From Patescibacteria group bacterium (GTDB lineage: Bacteria > Patescibacteriota > Gracilibacteria > UBA1369 > PNNO01): a DNA stretch of 26,960 nt. The translations under genes were made by a program, and so were the position numbers. The stretch spans positions 1 to 26,960 of the forward strand of contig JBHPIO010000015.1 in NCBI GenBank assembly GCA_042568575.1, written 5' to 3'. A model generated the notes under the pieces. That model was given only the letters and a program-made list of their open reading frames with translations, had not been told where the DNA came from and did not search any database. Positions 1-10,000 of this stretch are shown one piece after another (position 1 is the first letter of the stretch; every line of letters begins with the position of its first letter).

Positions 1-615
1 CATTTCGTTTGCTTTTGGATATTCAAACGAAGCCTTCTCATCGTGAACGAGTTTAAAATGAATATTAGGATATGCTAATGCCATAGCTTGAAAAACCTTT
101 AACACATGCTGATATTCAGTTGAAGGTGTCTTTAGATATTTCTTCCTCGCAGGAGTGTTGTAGAAAAGATTTCGCACCTCAATACTTGTTCCGTCAGTAC
201 AAGAATACTCATCATGATTTTCAATCTTCCCGCCATTGCAAACAACTTTTGTTCCAATATCTGTATCATTCGTTTTTGTCTGTAAAGTAACATGAGAAAC
301 CGAAGCAATACTCGCAATCGCTTCTCCACGGAAACCCATCGACGAAATGTTAAAAAGGTCATCTGTCTCAGTAATTTTGCTGGTTGCGTGACGCTCAAAA
401 GCAAGGCGCGCATCATCAAAATCCATACCTTTTCCGTTGTCTGTAATCTTGATCATTTCATCACCGGCACCAATAACTTCGAGAGTAATTCTGTCCGCGC
501 CAGCATCAATCGAGTTTTCCAAAAGCTCCTTAACAACAGACGCAGGTCTTTCCACCACCTCACCAGCGGCTATTTGGTTTACTAGATTTTCCGGTAATAT
601 TTTTATGAGAGACAT
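1..615 (-). CDS. mutL: DNA mismatch repair endonuclease MutL, N-terminal ATPase part (3' end runs off the window start)
   Basis: Not in the ORF track. My translation from ATG at 615 gives MSLIKILPENLVNQIAAGEVVERPASVVKELLENSIDAGA, the MutL N-terminal signature, followed by GFRGEA(I)ASIA. It lies directly downstream of mutS. Confidence 0.97.
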   Translation of the reverse strand, partial: MSLIKILPENLVNQIAAGEVVERPASVVKELLENSIDAGADRITLEVIGAGDEMIKITDNGKGMDFDDARLAFERHATSKITETDDLFNISSMGFRGEAIASIASVSHVTLQTKTNDTDIGTKVVCNGGKIENHDEYSCTDGTSIEVRNLFYNTPARKKYLKTPSTEYQHVLKVFQAMALAYPNIHFKLVHDEKASFEYPKANEM

Positions 616-622
616 CGGCAAG

Positions 623-3235
623 TTAGTTAGATTTCTTCTTCAATTCATCAAGTTTCTGCAAAGCTTCAAGAGGCGTCAAGCTATTAACATCAATTGCTTC
701 AAGCTCCTCTTTCATCTTGTTCAAGCCTTTTGTCTTACGTTCGAATTCTTCAATTAAAGCAGCGTTTCCAAACAAATCCATCTGATCTTCGTTTGTACGC
801 TTCTTATGATCACGCGCTGTTTTTTGAACATTCTGATCCACAACATCCTCTTCGAGATCCTTCAAAATATGTTTCGATTGCTCTACAACTTCCTTTGGAA
901 GACCCGCAAGTCTTGCCACTTCAATTCCATAACTTCTATTAATTCCACCTTTTTCAAGTTTATATAAGAACATTACACGGCCGTCTTTTTCCTTAACCGA
1001 AACACAGTAGTTTTGCGCATGCTGAAGGCTTTCTACAACCGAAATAAGTTCGTGGTAGTGGGTCGCAAACAAAGTCTTCGCCTGAATATTATTGTGAATA
1101 TATTCAGTGATCGCCCACGCAATGCTCACACCGTCGTATGTTGAAGTCCCACGTCCAATCTCGTCCAAAATGATTAAACTTTTCGAAGTTGCATTGTTAA
1201 GAATATTTGCTGCCTCCTGCATCTCAACCATGAAAGTACTTTGACCTTTCACCAAATTATCTGATGCACCAACACGAGTGAAAATGCGATCCACAAGGCT
1301 GATTTTCGCCTTATCTGCCGGTACAAAACTTCCAATATGAGCCATTAAAACAATAAGAGCAGTCTGCCTTAAGATGGTAGATTTCCCACCCATATTTGGA
1401 CCGGTAATCAGAAGAAGTCGATTCTCTTTTTGATCAAGATCGGTATCGTTCGGAATAAAGTCAGACGAAAAACTCATCTTCTCGACAACCGGATGACGGC
1501 CTGCTTTTATCTCAATACTTCCTTCTTCGTGAATTTCCGGCTTAACGTAATTATTGAGCATTGCCATATAGGCAAGCCCAGAAAGAACATCGAGCGTTGC
1601 AAAAACCTGAGCATTTTTTTGAATTTCACTTATATGTTTCAAGATTTCTTCGCGCACTTGCATGAAGAGTTCATACTCAATGTCGTTGATTTTCTCCTCG
1701 GCATTTAGAATTTTTTCTTCGTATTCTTTAAGCTCGGGCGTGATATAACGTTCCGCATTAACAAGTGTCTGCTTACGGATGTAATCCTCAGGCACATGCT
1801 GCAAATTCGCCTTACTAATCTCGATATAATATCCAAAAACCTTATTATATTTCACCTTCATAGACGAAATTCCAGTCCGCTTAATTTCCTTCTCCTGCAA
1901 ATCCTTAATGAAATTTTTGCCCTCACGACTAATAGTTTTAAGCTCATCAAGTTCATTATTGTATCCGTCCTTAATCATTCCACCATCACGAACAATAAGT
2001 GGCGGCTCATCCTCAATTGCCTTGTCAACAAGCGCAATAAGTCCCTCAAGTTCATTAAATGAATTTTTAAGATGAACAAGAAACGGAGATTTAACCTGTT
2101 TCAATAACGCTTTAATTTCCGGGATTTTTTGAAGCGACAATTTGAGCGCCACAAGATCTCTCGCACTTCCTGATCCCAAACTCAGTCGAGCCATCACACG
2201 TTCAATATCAAGGACGTCTTTTAGAAGAGTTCGGAGGTCTGAAAGTAATCCAGAATTTTGAGTAAATTCTTCAATTGAATCTAAACGTCCTTGGATATCT
2301 TTTTTGTCGAGAAGTGGATGTGTAAGCCAAGATTTCAACAAACGTCCACCCATCGAAGTTAATGTCGAATCAATAACAGAAAGCAAAGATCCTTCCTTTT
2401 GTTGATCGCGAAGTGTGAATAAAAGTTCAAGATTTCTGAGCGTCGCTTCGTCCATCGGCATGTACTCACCCGAAAAGAAATATCTAACTTTCTGGATATG
2501 CTTTAGGTCGTTCTTTTGAGTCTCATAAAGATAGTTAAGCAAGAATCCTGCTGCATCCACAGCAGCTTCATGATTATCCAGTCCAAATCCCATTAACGAT
2601 TTAACTTTCATGTGATCTTTCAAAGTCCCCTCGGCATCTTTAAATGTTTCAAAAGAGAAGAAATATGTGTGCTCGAATGAATCTTTGAGGATAGTTCCAA
2701 GATCGCTTTCGTAAATTTCGGGAGGCAAAATGCACTCAGTTGGATTAACTTTCGCAAGTTCAGTATAAATATCATTTTGAGTATTGATTTCAGTAGTCGC
2801 GAAACCTCCAGTTGTAATATCCGCATAAGAAAGGCCAAAAGTCTCACCCTTGCGAACAATACTTGCTACGTAATTATTCTGTTTCCCATCTAAAATAGAC
2901 TCGCTAAAAGTAGTTCCTGGCGTTACAACACGAGTAACCTCACGCTGAACAATCCCCGGAAGTTTCGGATCACTAACTTGATCACAAATCGCAACCTTCT
3001 CACCGTGTTTCGTAAGTTTTGCCAGGTAATTTTCAATCGCATGATAAGGAACCCCACACAAAGGTATCTTCGAATCACCTTTGCTACGCGAAGTTAAAGT
3101 GATATCGAGAATTTTTGCTGCCTTCACAGCATCATCACCAAACATCTCGTAAAAATCACCCAAACGGAAAAGCAAAATACAATCTGAGTATTGCTTCTTT
3201 ATCTCTTCGTATTGAGCCATCATCGGGGTCGCCAT
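623..3235 (-). CDS. mutS: DNA mismatch repair protein MutS
   Basis: TPMMAQY start, FRLGDFYEMF mismatch-recognition motif, Walker A TGPNMGGKST, STFMVEM, DEIGRGTST, FATHYHEL and a C-terminal beta-clamp motif QMDLF. ATG at 3235 preferred over GTG at 3241. Confidence 0.99.
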   Translation of the reverse strand: MATPMMAQYEEIKKQYSDCILLFRLGDFYEMFGDDAVKAAKILDITLTSRSKGDSKIPLCGVPYHAIENYLAKLTKHGEKVAICDQVSDPKLPGIVQREVTRVVTPGTTFSESILDGKQNNYVASIVRKGETFGLSYADITTGGFATTEINTQNDIYTELAKVNPTECILPPEIYESDLGTILKDSFEHTYFFSFETFKDAEGTLKDHMKVKSLMGFGLDNHEAAVDAAGFLLNYLYETQKNDLKHIQKVRYFFSGEYMPMDEATLRNLELLFTLRDQQKEGSLLSVIDSTLTSMGGRLLKSWLTHPLLDKKDIQGRLDSIEEFTQNSGLLSDLRTLLKDVLDIERVMARLSLGSGSARDLVALKLSLQKIPEIKALLKQVKSPFLVHLKNSFNELEGLIALVDKAIEDEPPLIVRDGGMIKDGYNNELDELKTISREGKNFIKDLQEKEIKRTGISSMKVKYNKVFGYYIEISKANLQHVPEDYIRKQTLVNAERYITPELKEYEEKILNAEEKINDIEYELFMQVREEILKHISEIQKNAQVFATLDVLSGLAYMAMLNNYVKPEIHEEGSIEIKAGRHPVVEKMSFSSDFIPNDTDLDQKENRLLLITGPNMGGKSTILRQTALIVLMAHIGSFVPADKAKISLVDRIFTRVGASDNLVKGQSTFMVEMQEAANILNNATSKSLIILDEIGRGTSTYDGVSIAWAITEYIHNNIQAKTLFATHYHELISVVESLQHAQNYCVSVKEKDGRVMFLYKLEKGGINRSYGIEVARLAGLPKEVVEQSKHILKDLEEDVVDQNVQKTARDHKKRTNEDQMDLFGNAALIEEFERKTKGLNKMKEELEAIDVNSLTPLEALQKLDELKKKSN

Positions 3236-3289
3236 GCGCACTGAACAAGTTAAAAGCCTTAACAGGTTTCAACTATAGCGACGCACGCT

Positions 3290-3622
3290 TTAGACGTCAA
3301 CATCATTAAGTAGCGGGAAAACGTCAATTGCAGGCTCTTCATATGGATGAACTTTCTTAATCGCTTCAACAACGCTTTTAACCTTATCAATAGGGCAAAT
3401 CGTCTCGATTTTTTCCTCTTCAACTTGCTCTACAGATCCAGCTTTACCAACAAACGGTTTTGTTCCTTCAAGTCCTCTAAATTTCCCAGTGCCTTTTGTA
3501 GAGAACGAACAACAGTCATAATTTCCTATATGTCCCGCCCCACTTTCCGCGAGCACCTTGCGGATTTCGTCAGCATGAGTGCTCGGAGCAAAGACAGCGA
3601 TTTTTGCGTATTTAAATTGCAT
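3290..3622 (-). CDS. YqfO/NIF3-like small protein (PII/CutA-like fold)
   Basis: GAGHIGNYDCCSF, GTGKFR and HPYEEPAIDVFPL motifs typical of the stand-alone NIF3 insertion domain. Confidence 0.9.
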   Translation of the reverse strand: MQFKYAKIAVFAPSTHADEIRKVLAESGAGHIGNYDCCSFSTKGTGKFRGLEGTKPFVGKAGSVEQVEEEKIETICPIDKVKSVVEAIKKVHPYEEPAIDVFPLLNDVDV

Positions 3623-3631
3623 ATATCGATT

Positions 3632-3787
3632 TTACCACATGGCAATCTGCCCATCCATTTTATAACAACTCTTTTTGAGCGATTTCCTCCATGTACGCAT
3701 TCGTTGCACCAAAGTACGTTTCTTTAAATTTGTAGGGAAGGCTTTAACGAACCAAAGTCTAGGAGCTTTTGATAGTTTGATATTCAT
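3632..3787 (-). CDS. Small basic hypothetical protein (51 aa)
   Basis: MNIKLSKAPRLWFVK...KMDGQIAMW. ATG preceded by TAACCCTAAAATC, similar to the AACCC/A-rich leaders before lspA and the 18263 gene. No recognised family. Confidence 0.45.
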   Translation of the reverse strand: MNIKLSKAPRLWFVKAFPTNLKKRTLVQRMRTWRKSLKKSCYKMDGQIAMW

Positions 3788-3827
3788 GATTTTAGGGTTA
3801 ACAAATATTATTCGTCGGGTAAATAAA

Positions 3828-3901
3828 GAGTTCGCCCTAGTCGGGCTCACGTTTGCGCTTCGTCTTAACTCAGCGAGAGACTCACTAACGTTCGTCTCTG
3901 A
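3828..3901. repeat. REP-like structured palindromic repeat, copy 1
   Basis: GAGTTCGC..GCTCACG.TTGCGCTTCG.CTTA.CTCAGCG.GA.ACTCA...TTCGT.TCTGA, shared with 3941-4009. Confidence 0.8.
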
Positions 3902-3940
3902 AAGAACGATAAGGTGGTTGGGCCACTAATTTTTAGAGAG

Positions 3941-4009
3941 GAGTTCGCTTTGCTCACGCTTGCGCTTCGCCTTAGCTCAGCGGGACACTCAGCTTCACTT
4001 CGTGTCTGA
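3941..4009. repeat. REP-like structured palindromic repeat, copy 2
   Basis: Imperfect direct repeat of 3828-3901 with a compensatory stem change (GAGA/TCTC to GACA/TGTC). Confidence 0.8.
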
Positions 4010-4015
4010 CGGTAG

Positions 4016-4627
4016 TTAATAGTACCGTATCAGTCCTGCTACGACTCCCTGAATAGAAAGATCGTGTTCAGGATATATATCTTCATAGGCAGGGTTTTCG
4101 GCTTTCAAGAAAACTTTGCCTCCATCATTCATATAACGTTTAACAGTATTTTGATTATCAACAAGTGCAACAACAATATCTCCGGTACGTGGTTGTTTTT
4201 TCGAATTAACAACAACAATGTCTCCATCAAAAATACCGACATCAATCATGCTTTCACCAGTAACTTTTAATAGAAAGTGACCTTCTTCTTTTTTAACGAT
4301 GTCCTGACCAACTTCATACCAAGATTCAATGTATTCCTCCGTTAGAACAGGGCCACCTGCAGGAACGAATCCAAGAAGAGGTAATTTGATCGTCACAGAT
4401 TCAAGACGCTTTTTAACGCTATCAAGAATCTTAATTCCACGAGGAGTGTCATCTTTAGAAATGTACCCTTTTTCTTTTAAAGCTTTTAAATGCTTTAGAA
4501 TACTATTGTCGGAACTAACCTGAAAATGTTCTCGCATCTCGCGGAGAGTTGGAGAAGATCCATGCTTCAATTGATATTTTTCAATAAATTTAAGCACTGC
4601 CTCCTGTTTTTCTGTTAAAACTTCCAT
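4016..4627 (-). CDS. lexA: SOS transcriptional repressor LexA
   Basis: N-terminal winged HTH (LTEKQEAVLKFI, SPTLREM, HLKALKEKGYI), Ala-Gly cleavage site (VPAGGP), catalytic Ser (VTGESM) and Lys (NTVKR). Confidence 0.97.
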   Translation of the reverse strand: MEVLTEKQEAVLKFIEKYQLKHGSSPTLREMREHFQVSSDNSILKHLKALKEKGYISKDDTPRGIKILDSVKKRLESVTIKLPLLGFVPAGGPVLTEEYIESWYEVGQDIVKKEEGHFLLKVTGESMIDVGIFDGDIVVVNSKKQPRTGDIVVALVDNQNTVKRYMNDGGKVFLKAENPAYEDIYPEHDLSIQGVVAGLIRYY

Positions 4628-4639
4628 AAGTAAAAGTGA

Positions 4640-4655
4640 GTGAGTGTACGCTCAC
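4640..4655. promoter_or_regulatory. Candidate LexA operator 1, GTGAG-N6-CTCAC
   Basis: GTGAGtgtacgCTCAC palindrome immediately downstream of the lexA -10 box. Confidence 0.75.
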
Positions 4656-4684
4656 ATTGTAGGTGAGGAAACACTCACCGTCAA
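4656..4684 (-). promoter_or_regulatory. Sigma70-type promoter of lexA
   Basis: Minus strand TTGACG (4684-4679), 17-nt spacer, TACAAT (4661-4656). Confidence 0.85.
4663..4678. promoter_or_regulatory. Candidate LexA operator 2, GTGAG-N6-CTCAC
   Basis: GTGAGgaaacaCTCAC palindrome filling the -35/-10 spacer of the lexA promoter. Confidence 0.75.
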
Positions 4685-4686
4685 GA

Positions 4687-5385
4687 CTATTTTATGTTTC
4701 TGATCTTTTCGGCTTTTTTATTTCTAATAAGCCACAAAAGGAACCATAGCGATCCACCTAATAACACAACATTCAAATATGCCAAATTGAAATCCCAAAT
4801 GCTTGCAGACATGAAATAATTAAATAAAACATGCATAACAGCCGCGTAGATAAGTCCGCGTATCCATAATGGTTTCTTTTTCACTTTTCCGAGTACATAA
4901 TAATAACCTGCTATGCCTGAAAATATTGTGTGCGCAAGCATTGTTCCGAAACCTCTAACAAGATAAGTCCCATAAAGCTCAGCACCTTTTTCTGCAAAAG
5001 CAATATACTGCGCAAAGTAGTAAACGTTTTCGACAAACGCAAAACCGAGAGCGATACAAACAGCGTAAATTACGCCGTCAACAATTTGATCCACATCAAT
5101 AGCCCGATATTTCGTCAGCTTCATCAAGACACCGAGTTTCGCAAATTCTTCGAAAAAAGCGAGAACAATAAACATCCACGCCGCGTTCAAAACAAAGATT
5201 CCTTCGTACCTTTCAAAAATATACGCAACCGCGACAAATAAACCAGCAACAATCATTCCGAAAACAAATGCTTTAATTAAAAGCTTTAACGGCTCCGGCT
5301 CCCTGGAATCTTTAACATAATAAAAGTATCCCCAAAAAAGCACAGGAGGAAACGCGAGGAGGAAGATATTTAAAATCTTGATCAT
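4687..5385 (-). CDS. prsW: PrsW-family intramembrane metalloprotease
   Basis: D..EPEP, EEFAK, DGVIYA..ALGFAFVEN, AHTIFS and H.LFN motifs in a multi-TM protein. Start at 5385 (MIKIL) preferred; 5415 possible. Confidence 0.92.
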   Translation of the reverse strand: MIKILNIFLLAFPPVLFWGYFYYVKDSREPEPLKLLIKAFVFGMIVAGLFVAVAYIFERYEGIFVLNAAWMFIVLAFFEEFAKLGVLMKLTKYRAIDVDQIVDGVIYAVCIALGFAFVENVYYFAQYIAFAEKGAELYGTYLVRGFGTMLAHTIFSGIAGYYYVLGKVKKKPLWIRGLIYAAVMHVLFNYFMSASIWDFNLAYLNVVLLGGSLWFLLWLIRNKKAEKIRNIK

Positions 5386-5417
5386 ATAGTTGTCGTGAGA
5401 GATCGACGAAAACATTT

Positions 5418-5957
5418 CTACTCGAATTCGAAAATGAACTTCTTCTTATACCTCATAATAACAGCTGGCAAGAGATTAAACGGACTTTTAATCACGCTAT
5501 TATGATGTCGAACCTTCTTGTTATAATCAGATGCAAGCGCAACAATCTCAAGAGCAATATCAGTAGTTTCCTTTTTAAGCTCCATAAAATTTGTGCTTTT
5601 CTTAAGTTCTTCATAAGTTAGTCCAAGCTGAATCAACTGCTTAATATGACTGCTCAAATCATGTTCAACAATCATTTTACTCGCACTGGCTTCTATATCT
5701 TTTTCCGCATGAGCGCGAATCTCGATTGTCTTATCAATCAACCCCTTATGTTTAGGCAAATCTGCTTCCGGCACAAATAGCCGCACAGTCTCAATTAAAT
5801 TCGGCACAAGATCCTGACGATATTGAAGCTTATCTGCGAGGTTATACCACCTCAAATTAACATCATCGCGAATCGTACGCATATGAATGATTGCGACACT
5901 CGCAAAGAAGAGAAGAACTACAAGAATACCGAAACCAATAAAAATAGAATTATCCAT
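5418..5957 (-). CDS. lemA: LemA-family protein (divergent)
   Basis: N-terminal TM, then LQYRQDLVPNLIETV, LKKSTNFMEL, YNKKVRHHN and PFNLLP, matching the LemA pattern. Confidence 0.85.
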   Translation of the reverse strand: MDNSIFIGFGILVVLLFFASVAIIHMRTIRDDVNLRWYNLADKLQYRQDLVPNLIETVRLFVPEADLPKHKGLIDKTIEIRAHAEKDIEASASKMIVEHDLSSHIKQLIQLGLTYEELKKSTNFMELKKETTDIALEIVALASDYNKKVRHHNSVIKSPFNLLPAVIMRYKKKFIFEFE

Positions 5958-5978
5958 ACCTGCATTCTACCAATTTTT

Positions 5979-6626
5979 TTATTTATCCGCCAATGCTGAA
6001 ATTGGCTGAACTGGATGCACTCCCTGATTTTCACTCACTTCCTGTTTTTCCTGCTTTAATTCACCCTTATCGCGTTTCCCCAGTCTACCTTTTATATAGT
6101 CACGTTTAAGACTGTTGATCTTTCTAAAGTGGTAGTCGGGATTTGGTACAAAAGGAATAACTTTTGTTGTTGATGTTGAAGATAGCGTAATCACAAGTGT
6201 TCCAAAGCGGAGGACACTTTTTATAATTCCATGCTGCTCCTTACGAATGTCCTGAATTTTTGGAAGATCAACTGCATCTTTAGAATCTTTTAGATAAAGA
6301 GATTTTTCAAGAAGTACAATTCGATAATTGGTAACAATCATGATTTCAAGAAAATATCGAATCATTCGAAGAAAGAAACGATGGAGATATACAGTGAAAA
6401 CCGCAAAAATTCCAAATGCCAGTAGGGTACTAAAAAAGGAATCTTGTGATAAGAAGTTGAAGATCCCTTTGAAATAAATTGCGGTAACGGTGATAAGACT
6501 TAGGAAAATAAAAAATCCAATAAAGTCTTTTAGTAGGACAATCCAATGTTTGCGACAAAAGCATTGCACTTTTTCAGTTGCAAGCTGACCTTTAAAATGA
6601 CGATTTGTATTATCCACATAACTCAT
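5979..6626 (-). CDS. Membrane protein with bacterial PH-like domain
   Basis: RKHW motif, two TM helices, then VTNYRIV, KIQDI and FGTLVI, the pattern of bPH_2-type membrane proteins. Confidence 0.75.
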   Translation of the reverse strand: MSYVDNTNRHFKGQLATEKVQCFCRKHWIVLLKDFIGFFIFLSLITVTAIYFKGIFNFLSQDSFFSTLLAFGIFAVFTVYLHRFFLRMIRYFLEIMIVTNYRIVLLEKSLYLKDSKDAVDLPKIQDIRKEQHGIIKSVLRFGTLVITLSSTSTTKVIPFVPNPDYHFRKINSLKRDYIKGRLGKRDKGELKQEKQEVSENQGVHPVQPISALADK

Positions 6627-6850
6627 AATGAAATATAGAAAGAAAATATTGTTGATATCACTGCCAAGCAGACCACTAAGCTAATGTATGCAACTTTTAT
6701 ATACCTAAGACGAAGAAATCCAAATAATAGAGTGTATTTGGACTCATCGAACTTATATCGATTAATATACCTGTAAAGAAGCTTCACACTAATGAAACAA
6801 AAAGTAACTGAGATAATCCCTATTATTGCAGTTAGCCAAACGAGCGACAT
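6623..6850 (-). CDS. Small two-TM hypothetical membrane protein
   Basis: Two hydrophobic segments; ATGA overlap with the next gene suggests translational coupling. Confidence 0.7.
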   Translation of the reverse strand: MSLVWLTAIIGIISVTFCFISVKLLYRYINRYKFDESKYTLLFGFLRLRYIKVAYISLVVCLAVISTIFSFYISL

Positions 6851-6982
6851 ATGTAAGAGTTGTTAAAAAACACGTCTCCCTTCACGCTTCGTTTCCAGAT
6901 TTGTAATAAAGTTCCCTAGCCGCCTTTATCATATAACAGATGGGGGAAAAGTCAATGGGTTATAGCTATGCATGCGATGCAA

Positions 6983-7011
6983 TTGATAAAGTGTCAAATT
7001 TGTGTTAAAAT
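6983..7011 (+). promoter_or_regulatory. Sigma70-type promoter of the giant-protein pair
   Basis: TTGATA, 17 nt, TAAAAT with extended TG; AAGGA at 7026-7030 before ATG 7038. Confidence 0.65.
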
Positions 7012-7037
7012 AGAACAATGTAATTAAGGATTTACAT

Positions 7038-10000
7038 ATGGCAGCACAAAGAAACAGAAAGCTTAGAGATAATCTGCAACCAGAGGATGTTCACACTTTG
7101 GCTGAATATGCGGAGTATTGTTATGAGTCTAATAGTGCAGAGGCTCAGAGGATTCAAAATGATGCTGACAAACAAGATTTACTCGCATCAAGTGACAGTT
7201 ATCGTCAGTTAGCAGAAGAAATGAGAGATGCAATAGACAGAGGAACTCAATTTAAATCCCGAGGCGATTTAGAAAATCACTTTAATGCTAGAAGGGTTGA
7301 CTTTGATAAGGATCCTATAAGGACTAGTTTGATTAATTCTGCAAGAAGATATTTTAATGAGGCACTTAATGTTGCATCAAAAGTTTCATTTGATGTTGTT
7401 AGAGGAAATCATGATTTTCAGACTTGGCGTCAAAGTAAACTAGATTCACATGGTAATTTTATTAGTGCATTAAGTCCGAGCGTACCTTTCGGTGCAGATC
7501 CGGCTACAATTCCAACTTATGTAGAATTGAGACAGATGCAAAGGGATCTTTATGATAGGGAGCAGAATGTGGTTGCTGCAGAACAAGATGCGGCTCAAAA
7601 AGTATTAGATGCCGAACAAGCAACAGTGGATGCAAAACAATTAACACAGGAAGCAGAGCAAAAAGATCAAGAGGCTGAACAAAAGAAACAAGAAGTAGAA
7701 GCAAAAGAGCAAGATTTGGTTGCTAGAGAAGCACAACTTGCGGCAGGTTTACAGCAATTGGCACAACGAGATCAAGCTCAAAATCAACGTGAAGATGCAC
7801 TGAATCAACAAGAGGCAGGATTTGCACAAAGAGGTAGTGATTTAAATCAACGTGAGACCGATGCTTCACAACTTGAGGCTGGCTTGAATCAACGTGAACA
7901 GAATATCGGTCAGCAAGAAGCAGACCTAAATCAACGAGAGCAAGATATAGGTGATAAAGAACAAGTATTAATTACAAAAGGGGACGAAGCCCTTGCAAAA
8001 GAACGTGCCTTGGCAGCAAAAGAGCAGGAAGTAGCTGCACGGGAACAAAAGGCAAGACAGACGATGGATGAATTAGTTAATGACAGGAAAGAATTAGGAG
8101 AAAAAGAAGCACAACTTGCTCAGCGAGCAAGCGAACTTGATGCAAAAAGTGAAGCATTAAGGGTAGAGGCAGGTAGATTAGCTGCAGAAGATCAAAGGCT
8201 TCAAGATTTGGATGCGGAATTAACTCGACGTGAAGCAGCAATAGCTGGAGAAGGTGGTGAAACACCGACACCAGTTCCAACACCTGAGCCAGATGCTGAT
8301 TTAGCGAAACTAAGAGAAGAATTACAAAGAAAAGAGCGAGAATTGTCAGCTCTTCAGGTTCAATTAGATGGTAAAGGTGCTGAGCTTGACGCAAGAGAAA
8401 GTACAGTACAAGAAATGGAAAGATTACTAGAAGATAAGAAGACAATGCTTGCTGAGCAATCGGCGAGATTAGATGCGAGAAGCGCAGAATTAGATAGACG
8501 AGAAAGAGAAATAGCGGGTAAGGGTGGAGGAACACCTACTCCTGTTCCAACTCCAGAACCAGAACATGGTCCTGACACGGGTGGAGGAGCGCCTGAACCA
8601 GATCCACTTCTACCGCCACATCCAAAGCCTCCGGTGCCAAAGCCAAAGCCAAGGCCGGAACCAGAACCAGAACCAGAACCAGAACATGGTCCTGACACGG
8701 GTGGAGGAGCGCCTGAACCAGATCCAATTCTACCGCCACATCCAAAGCCTCCGGCGCCCAAGCCAAAGCCGGGAGTAGCAACTCCTGCTCCAGAACCAAA
8801 ACCAGCGCCAGAGCCAGAAGGTGGTGAAGCACCTGAACCAGCTCCAAAGCCGGCAGGACCGACACTAAAGCCGGGTGTAGCGAAACCATCAGGTGGAACT
8901 GAGCCAGAACCAGGTGCGGCAACTCCAACTCCAGCACCAAAACCATCTGCAGGTATTAAAGGAACAGGACCCGCAGAAGCTGCTCCAGAAACAACAACAG
9001 GATTAGATTTAGGTCCACATATTGAATTGGTAGAAGGTGTTATAAAGGTGCCAGTTGATAATTATTTTGAATCAAATAAGCGACCTGAGAACAAGGATAA
9101 GATTTTCGACTTCATGGATAAATATCGAACAGAGTTTCCTAAAAGTTTGCGAGAGAAACTAGGAGAGTTTGCTCGAGAAAAATCAGAAGGATTATCAAGT
9201 GCAGAAATAAGCGCACAAGTGAAAGCAATAATTCTTGAAGAAATGAAGCAAAGAATTAATGACGAATTATCAAGTACCGAAGAATTTCAACCAAGTGAGA
9301 GAAATGATTTTGCGGACAAGGTAGATGGAGTGCTCAAAGTACTAGGAGTGAGAATAAAAGGATCAGATGAAATAAAAGAATATTTAAAAGCTGACTACGT
9401 GAAAATGTGGTCGGAATTTAGCCGAACAATTAAAGAAAAAGATTACAAAGCAGAAGAATTACAACGATTTTTGTCTGATTGGGGAAGTGATAAACAGCCT
9501 GGTAGATTTGTAAGAGCAATCACTGCTGATTTAGAACGCGTGGGTGCCAAATTAGATGAATCGGAACTTGGTCAATTACAAAAAGAATATAACGCTTTAA
9601 AAGGTGATTTTGCATTTTGCAAAAGTTGTATTGAGTATACTGGGAAAGATTGGTTTGGACGCACAAAAGAAGATTGTATTCGAATATGGGGATTAAATGA
9701 GGATGCATGGGATGGGATTGGATCTGAATTGCCAGAAGAACTGGAAGAGGAATCGGGTGATGATGGCGGTGATACAGGCGGAGGAGCACCAGCTCCAGCG
9801 CCAACAGGAGGTGCAAAACCAACTCCACCACCGGCAGCAACTGGACCGATTCAACCAACACCTCCACCAGTTTCTCCACAGCCTGCTCCGGCACCTGAGC
9901 CTGAGCCAAAACCAGCGCCAGGCCCAACAGTGACAGATATAGAAGGTGAAGAACCAACTCCACCGCCAGAGGTGGATGTTAAAGGAGCAACAACTGCAGT

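Noticed and set aside
132-942. Short ORFs listed in the track over 132-942
   Set aside because: They overlap the real mutL and mutS frames.
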